A stretch of DNA of 58,506 nt, the filler included, from Sphacelaria rigidula (lineage: Eukaryota), in NCBI GenBank assembly GCA_964200075.2. It is 7 parts of 7 records of this genome, joined end to end, with 100 filler letters (N's around TTAATTAATTAA, not from the genome) between each part and the next. Parts side by side here need not be neighbours in the genome. Positions count along the whole stretch, not along the records: positions 50,235 to 58,506 come from CAXNAA020011707.1; 6 more parts are not named here. One strand, given 5' to 3'. Positions 51,404 to 58,506 of the stretch are shown here, in pieces. The notes under the pieces were generated by a model. The model saw only the letters and a program-made list of their open reading frames with translations, searched no databases and was not told where the DNA came from. Numbering within the stretch: the stretch's first letter is position 1; each line of letters opens with the position of its first letter. The position numbers were made by a program, and so were the translations under genes.

Positions 51404-52027
51404 CTTAATTCCATGACCCGTTCACATGTGGACAAAGCGCGCGCGGGGTTGTACTCATCTCATGATCATGCATGTCATAGGCGCGCGCAGGAAGGGGGGA
51501 GGGGAGGGGAACATACTCATATTTTTCATGCCCTAGCTGTTGGACCGTTGACCGCGAGTCCTTGAGAGGACGAAGTTTTGCTTTGAATGAAGGTGTTATG
51601 CGACGTAGTGTATAGACGAGGAGAGGAGGGGATTCCAGGGGATTTCTGAGGTGACCACAAAGAACGGGATATCTGATCCACCTTGCCCAAAAAGGCGCTC
51701 AGACCAAGAAACGTGCAGCACCGTTTTAAGCCGACTTGCTCGAGAAGATAAAAATTAATGTTCGTCCCCCTACGCCTTGCACAATGCACACAAAGCGAGG
51801 AAGTCCTTCCTCGATGATCGGCGAGATTCGATATATTTTGCCCGCGGCGATGCTTCTTCGGTAACGCTACCGTTTCTCAAGTCAGGAGCAATTCAGCGAA
51901 GCCATGTCACATCCTTGAATATTAATCCTGGACGCCGCCGACAAGCGTGAAGGTCACAGATATAACTACGAAAGCGGAGGAGATAACCTAGGACAATGTA
52001 TGTAGGACGAGGCGAAGGGCGGCTCGC

Positions 52028-52184
52028 CTTTCCTGGCGGCTAGGTGGAGAATCCGGAGGGCGGGCGGCAGCTGGTAGAGTGGCTGTGGAACGACTCGCTT
52101 GTACGCCGAGGGATGTGTCGGGTGAAGGTCTGTCAGGGTGTTGTTGCGAGCCCACCCTTTCCAGCTTCGCTCGTACCACCCAGC
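52028..52184 (-). CDS. GT-A-like gene, 5th visible exon (GC donor)
   Basis: AGWYERSWKGW...DLHPTHPSAYKRV; phase 0 to 1 using AAG|GCGAGC. Confidence 0.75.
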
Positions 52185-52261
52185 CTTCGACAGTATGAAG
52201 AGAACGAGCAAATCGCGGTGACTTGATTTAGTTTGTTGATCGATTGATTTTCGCACATTAA

Positions 52262-52990
52262 GTGATCCCCCAGAACAGCCGATCATCAAAGTTGAAAATG
52301 GAGCTTTTCATTCAGGATAATAACCCGGAAAATCAAAATCTTCGTACCCACACCAAATCTTCGAGATATAGTTGCATTTCTCCAACTCCTGGTAGCTGTT
52401 GACAACAACTACGCGCCCGAAAATATTGGATTTCGATAACCGAAATGTTAGGGTCCTAGGTAAAACTACAGTTCTAGAGAGTTCAGGTGATCAGATCGAA
52501 CCGCCCGATTTCCCCAGAACCGTTTCTTCACCTAGAACCCCAACATTCCGGTTATCGAAATTCATATTCGAGTGATACTACGATAGGCGTGCAATTTTTT
52601 TTTCTGAGGTTAGAACTGTTAGGAGCCCTTGATCTCCTGCAAAACATCACTCATGAAATGTGTAAAAGTACGCCGGGATTACTACTCCAATGTGCTGGGG
52701 ATATCTCGAATGAATTTGCTGACGGGAATGCCCTGATCCATATTCTTGTGCATCTAGAATTGTTAGGAGCCCCCGAACTAGACAATATTTCGCGAAAAAA
52801 GTGTACCCCTACCGTAGCACTGCTCATTTTGTAGAGCGTGTGGTAGTTGTTAATAGCTACCAGGAGGTGAAGGAATGCAACCATATCAGAAAAAGTGTTG
52901 TGGATACGAAGATTTTCATTTCCCGGGTTATCATCCCCAATGAAAAGCTCCATCCTCAATTTTGATGATCGGCTGTTCCAACGATCCAGC
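52262..52990. mobile_element. Intronic foldback element with ~150-bp inverted arms and a nested inner inverted repeat
   Basis: 52265-52416 is the imperfect reverse complement of 52836-52988; 52421-52480 pairs with 52510-52569. Confidence 0.75.
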
Positions 52991-53229
52991 CGTGATCACA
53001 TGATCGACGTATCCGAGACGAACAAAACTGAAAAAGTTCGCTGAAGAAACGAAAAGTCAAGAAACAGAAAAGGTAGAAGAGACAACGCGTCATTTTCCCC
53101 GCGTCATAATTTCTAACGACGCACCTACCCCGGAACGACTCCGTAGTTTTAAGGAATCAAACCCATCTCTATCCCGGCGCACAAGCCTAGCATTTGGGTA
53201 TCGCGGATTCATTGGATCATGACGAACAA

Positions 53230-53397
53230 ACACCCCCGCACCGCATCAACTCTCGTCGAATTTCTTCGCTACCCACATTTTCACGCCCTCAACGACGGAA
53301 ATAAGGTTCTGCTTGAGAATAATCTCATCTCTCGGGACTCGAATCCTCAACCTCGCCCCACCCGGCTCCAACATGTACTAGTTGGGCCACCAGGGCA
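53230..53397 (-). mobile_element. SINE-like family B copy with tRNA-like head
   Basis: Minus strand TGGCCCAACTAG (A-box-like) and GGATTCGAGTCC (B-box-like). Confidence 0.5.
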
Positions 53398-54093
53398 CGG
53401 CGGCATAATGTACATGAAAAGTTCAAGTCTGCTTCGTGTATCAGCGTAAGCTACCTCTTTGTACAGAGCCACATTCGCATACAAGTCAATATATTGTTCC
53501 GTCCGTCTCTGTTGTAACCCGGGAGATAGAACCTTCATTGTGTTTCGGGAGGACCCGCCGCAGCTGTGACCCCGTCAGGGGCGTGTTATCCATCAAATGT
53601 TGAGTGTCTCATCTTCCCTGTCTTGTTCAATGGGAAAACTGGAAGCATACAACAAAGTCTTCGTGAGATTGAGACTAGAGCGCGGATTGAGAGTGGCTTC
53701 GATTATTCGCTTCAAGTGAGCCAATCTTTCATTCCGTGTGTGCTCTTCTTTGCCTCCATCGCTGGCGTGTGCTTAAAGCCACACGTCGATATCCTACTCG
53801 GGGATATCGAGCGCCTCAGTGGCAAGCTACTACAGAAAGAATAATGAGCCTCATGGAGGGGCATTTCGGAACCGAAACGATTCATTCACCAATTGATTGA
53901 CCGCTTTTCACTCTCGATTGTATCCTCTACTCTCAATCTCACGAAAACATTCTTATACGGGGAAAACGCGACACGAGACAAAAAAATACGCATAGAAGGG
54001 AAAAAAAACTTATGATACAACCTGCCCCCCCCCTCCTGGATTTATTGGTCGAACGACTAAGGCAAGCAACAAGTGAGTCCCCCCCCGCCCCAC

Positions 54094-54259
54094 CTGGATT
54101 TCTCCGGCATGGGAAAACGTTTCCACTTTCCTCGCCAGACCTTCCTCAGTCCTGACGTAGCTCAAGTGGTGGACGACCCCCGCGGGCCTGTGCAAATCCC
54201 GCATGCCGCCAGTGACGTCGCCAGACTCCACGGAACACTCGATCTGCCGATTCCATATC
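54094..54259 (-). CDS. GT-A-like gene, 4th visible exon
   Basis: IWNRQ...VHHLSYVRTEEGLARKVETFSHAGEIQ; CCAG acceptor, CAG|GTGGGG donor; phase 2 to 0. Confidence 0.8.
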
Positions 54260-54283
54260 CTGGAGGGTCGGTGGAAGCGAGTG

Positions 54284-54898
54284 AGAAAATAGTGTCATGC
54301 TGTTATGTTGCGGTAGCATTCAAAGAGTTCGTCACTCACCAGGGCGCCTAGGATATGATTTTTGCAGCGCACAAACAGTAATGCGTCCAGCTGTTTTTTT
54401 TCCTGCTTTTTTGTGTCCTGAATGCTTGCAGCATTTCATGTTCTCTTTACATTTCCTGCCTCTTTGGGATCGATTTTCACGTATAATCATTATTTTAAGC
54501 CTATTTTAGTGTGTGCTCAGGGGTTTGGTGTCTGTTCTCTCTCTCGCCGGCTTGTATTGATTTTCTTCTTATTTTTTTCTTACCGTTTGTTCCGAGCAGC
54601 CACACATGTGCCGATCATTCAGATCCATGACTACAGCATATATGAAGATCCCGGCGACCGCAATCGCACACTACATTCGACTTTAAAAGGGTATACGCGA
54701 AAATCGATCTCAAAGGGAAGAAAGTGTGAAGCGAACATGAAATACTGAAAGCAAGACACACAAAAGAAACAAAATCAAGAAAAAAGACGTTTGGGCGCAT
54801 TACTCTTTGTGCGCTGCAGAATCCTTGTTCCAGGCGCCCTGGCGAGTGACAACCTCTTTGCATGCTACTGCACCATGAACAGCATGGCACCATTTTCC
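54284..54898. mobile_element. Intronic foldback/Mutator-like element with ~200-bp imperfect inverted arms
   Basis: 54284-54490 pairs with 54690-54898, e.g. GTCACTCACCAGGGCGCCTAGG vs reverse-complement GTCACTCGCCAGGGCGCCTGG. Confidence 0.75.
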
Positions 54899-55142
54899 AG
54901 CCCCAAACGAACAAACCACCATTATTACGTGGAAACTGTGGAAGAACGCACCTACCAAATACACACCCCAACAGGCAGAGGTTCGACGACGAATAGCAAC
55001 CAAGTATAGGAGATGAAAGAGCGGAGCTCGAAGAACGTAACGCCGAATTGGCGACAAACACAAAAATGTACGTGGAAAAAGACTTGAAGCAACTCCTTCG
55101 CGAGTGGTTCAAGATTATGATACGCATTCCTATGTACCTCAC

Positions 55143-55286
55143 CAGCGGCACCGCCTGTGATCGACGAGCCACAGAATGCGATAATTTTCCGGCGGTGAAA
55201 CCACAGCGCGCACGCTAGCCCAATATGTGTCGGGGTCGGCAAGAAGTGCCGTCGAGCCGGGATTCCGCCAAGCCCATATTAGCGCC
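55143..55286 (-). CDS. GT-A-like gene, 3rd visible exon
   Basis: ALIWAW...DTYWASVRAVVSPPENY...; phase 2 to 2, GTGAGG donor. Confidence 0.75.
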
Positions 55287-55952
55287 CTTTTTTCAGCCAG
55301 AAAAACACGTATATTATTGAAGCCGGTATTGAAGAAGAGTTGCAAGGGTAGGTCGAGTAGAAAATACTCAACTGCGGGGTATCTAAAAAGTTGTACTTAA
55401 AGTACACGAATTGGGGGTAGGGTTTTTAGGGATCGCTTTCCAGTTATTTTTTGGGTACGACTGCTAACACTCTATCCTTATTTGAGTACCTCAAGTGCGT
55501 ATTCAAAAATACCCCGTGATTGAGTATAAACTCTATTCGACCTGCTCTTGGAGAGTTGCAAGAATGAACGGCCATTCTTTGGTGAACTCTTGATATACTG
55601 TAGTCAGAGTTTTGCAAGTTGATCCTGCAAGAATGCTCACGTACCTCGTTTTTCTGCTTGTTCAACAGTGGTTACGTGGCCGTTTTGTCACTCAGTGTCG
55701 AACAGTAACTCAGCCCGAAGGGCAATGGTCTCCCAAGGTTTCGTCTCGAATTCAGGATACGCGAGGGTACTACTCTGTCTATCTTCTGTACGATATCCGG
55801 CGGGGAACAAATACAGCATGAAATACAGAAGAAGGAGTGACGTGGATTAGAAATAGTGCCCGAGTGTCGGCGTTCGGCCAGTCGTCCCGCTAAGTGACAC
55901 GCCCAAGAGACGTATACAGTAAGTGTCTGCGCCGTGGTCTTCGCGCCCTCAC

Positions 55953-56015
55953 TTGGTTAGCTCCACCGGGTGCCAAAACTCGTCCGTGTCGATGACCAGA
56001 ACCCTCGCGAAGTTT
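55953..56015 (-). CDS. GT-A-like gene, 2nd visible exon with DxD motif
   Basis: NFARVLVIDTDEFWHPVELT (hhhhDxDE); TAG acceptor, GTGAGG donor; phase 2 to 2. Confidence 0.8.
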
Positions 56016-56377
56016 CTATTAGCAAAACAAATGGAGACAGCAACATGATGTGCGTGGTGACGAGGGGGGGGGGGGGGGTCAAGGAGTCGACTGCTGAAGT
56101 GCCAAATGTTCTCGTGCAGCGGATGATGACGAACGGAAACGCGGAAGGTTACCGAGAACAAAGACGTGTGGATGCAGCTGATGGTCGACAGGGAAGCCGG
56201 GGATACTGTTCAACCCCTTCGTTGCCTTCTCCATCAAGCCTACGCAGGGGTTATCGAAAATTGATCGATGATGCGAGACCTGCGCGTGAACCGTGAATCC
56301 TGTAAAAATCGGAACGGAACCATCAGGTGCTGCCTGAATGTAATAGTTTCCATAACTGCAACGGATGGGTTGCTTGC

Positions 56378-56457
56378 CTTGGGCTGGTCCTGATTACGGC
56401 GTCGCCATATCCGCGCTGCTCCGCCTCGCTTGTCCAATGGCCGACCTCCACTTGGAT
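56378..56457 (-). CDS. GT-A-like gene, 1st confidently visible exon (GC donor)
   Basis: IQVEVGHWTSEAEQRGYG resembles the W..E..QR helix that precedes DxD in GT2-like proteins; CAG acceptor, AAG|GCAAGC donor, phase 0 to 2. Confidence 0.7.
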
Positions 56458-58506
56458 CTGTCTCGCCAATTATGACATCATAATATGCGATAAAAAGCAA
56501 AATCTACTGTCGAAACGTACAGTGCCCGAGTGGGGCGGCCTCGCAGCGTTGCTGCGCTGGTCTCGCAAGATTGTTTCGGCGGATCACGTGATCCGAGTAT
56601 TTGTAATCATATTTCCTCCCGTGTGTGTCGTCCGTACTATCAGACGTTATTTCCAGGTGTAGCGTGTAACCTTTGAAGAGAGTGGTAGGCCGCGATAAAC
56701 AGTACGGTCAACTGAGTGATATGCTTAGTTATTAATACTTGTTGCTGTACAAGACTACCATCGAAATTTTGATGATAGCAGAGCGAGAAACACGTCGTGA
56801 ACGCAGCGACGTTGCTTAGCCCACCGAAAAAAAAGAGCTACCCCGTCACAGCGACTGACTGTATTCCTCCGTCTATCACTCACCAGCTCAAGTGTCGGCT
56901 TGTTTGGGCTAAAAATGGTTCTGACTCAAACTCTCGCCGTACACACGGCGACTGTTTGTTACCTTCAACTCTGCAAATGCGGCATGTCTTTCGTGTTCCG
57001 TCATAAACTCTACAGACGTAATCGGGAATCGTCGCGCTGTTGTTTATTACGTGTCAGACTGTAACTGGAGAGTCACGGTTACCGGTGAATCGGCCCATGA
57101 AGTTCTAGATTAGGAAAGACCTGATGGGCACTTTCCAACCGTGCTCGGGCGTCGAGTGCATACATCAACGTCCAGCTGGCCAATTAATTTCATTCCATCT
57201 TCCGGAAACGTACAAGTGGAAAAATTTACGTGAAATGGTCGACGAATTTCATGTTCGAGTAGATAATCGGTTTGAGTGTAGACCATCACGTTCGGATTTT
57301 TGGGGGAACTGACATTCCCGGTTGCCCGGTTGCGAGCCAGCGTGAGCAGGAGGTGTAGCCGATTCGAGCTCTGCCAACGCACATTTTCCCTAGGACGCCT
57401 TGTACATTCCCCCTTGCCTGAGGGTTCTCGGTATGCCTTGGGTTGGGGTTACGTTTGGGCCTACTAGTGCTATAAACGGACAAAAACGGGTATGTTCAAC
57501 CACGGAATGTATCCACGCCCTGGGCAATAGACAACATTGCCAAGAAGTGTACTGTCCACAGTGTCGAATATATTGTCTATCGAAATAGACGATAGTAGAC
57601 GCTAGGTTCGATATTGTGCACAGTGCACTTTTTGCCAGTGTAGTAATCTATTGTCCAGGGGGTGGTATTTGTCGAGCGCATCGCGTGAACCTACATCCAC
57701 TCCATAAGGGTGTCTTCCACAGAAACCGAGGAAATATTTTCGACCCCCCGGAGACATGCAACGTCATTAACAAGACCAAACAAGCGGCTCTGCAGCATGA
57801 CTTTCCATCTGCGAAAGACTCGCCGTGTCCGTCGGCAAACGCAGCATCGCTGCACGAAACTGATAGACGAGACAATGTCCAAGTACGGATTAACCACTTA
57901 AGATCGATGTTTTCATAGCTGTGTGTCAGGCTGGATTGTGCAGTAGCATCACCACACTAAACCACACTAAAATCGAGGAGCTAGACCGAGAAGCATCAAC
58001 GATCGGGGCGTTGAAGTCATCGTAAGCGTACCTCTGCACCAACGAATTTGCCCGGATCCGAAATGGTTCCAGTACTTTTGAAGCGCACACATGTGTGACA
58101 CGCCTCCCTCCCGAGTTTTGGCTACGTTCGTCGCGAGAACATGAACAGCCGACCTTTGAACAGGATCCACTTATGTGAGAAAAAAAATCACTTCTGTTTC
58201 CTGAGCACAACGCTTGCCGTCTACAAGCCACTCGAGTAAGTAAAGCTCCACAGCAAGAAGGACGCCTTGTGCGATATGTCGGGAAACTTGTCCATATAAG
58301 TCAGCGCCATATTTACAACTCATGCACACGTCGGACAGATCATGATCCGTCTGAAAATTACTTCTTCTCAGTATACTGATCCAGATCATGATCCGTATCA
58401 TCTGACCCTACTTTTCCATGTTCGCTCCTTACGGTGCCGGACGCTGAGCATGCCGAGTAGTGTAAAGGTTGCGCTTTGGCTTTACTGACTCTGCTGTCAC
58501 ATATTT

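Noticed and set aside
57313..57371. Possible further upstream exon of the GT-A gene (…LHLLLTLARNRATGN|GTCAGT)
   Set aside because: Phase is compatible but the donor is weak and no motif support was found; left uncalled.

Overview
Eukaryotic, intron-rich, repeat-rich DNA; long introns and the repeat style suggest a brown alga (Phaeophyceae), which is an inference. The window is not one locus. It is seven contigs of 8273, 8273, 8272, 8272, 8272, 8272 and 8272 bp joined by artificial 100-bp N44-TTAATTAATTAA-N44 spacers, so adjacency across spacers has no meaning. Contig 1 holds a large retrotransposon gag-like ORF whose CCHC knuckle lies just past an in-frame TGA. Contig 2 is mostly degenerate repeats plus orphan exon candidates. 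Contig 3 has the first exon of a centrin-like gene. Contig 4 has a terminal exon of an unknown gene and a decayed LINE. Contig 5 has three exons of syntaxin-18/SYP8, head-to-head with a probable DHHC palmitoyltransferase. Contig 6 has three exons of a strongly divergent SpoU/TrmH-family protein with a duplicated in-frame splice acceptor. Contig 7 has seven phase-compatible exons of a DxD GT-A-like glycosyltransferase with two GC-AG introns. tRNA-derived SINEs, piggyBac-type and hAT-like MITEs and foldback elements are scattered throughout. I found no multi-gene novel system; the best leads are single-locus. All family assignments come from recalled motifs, not database searches.
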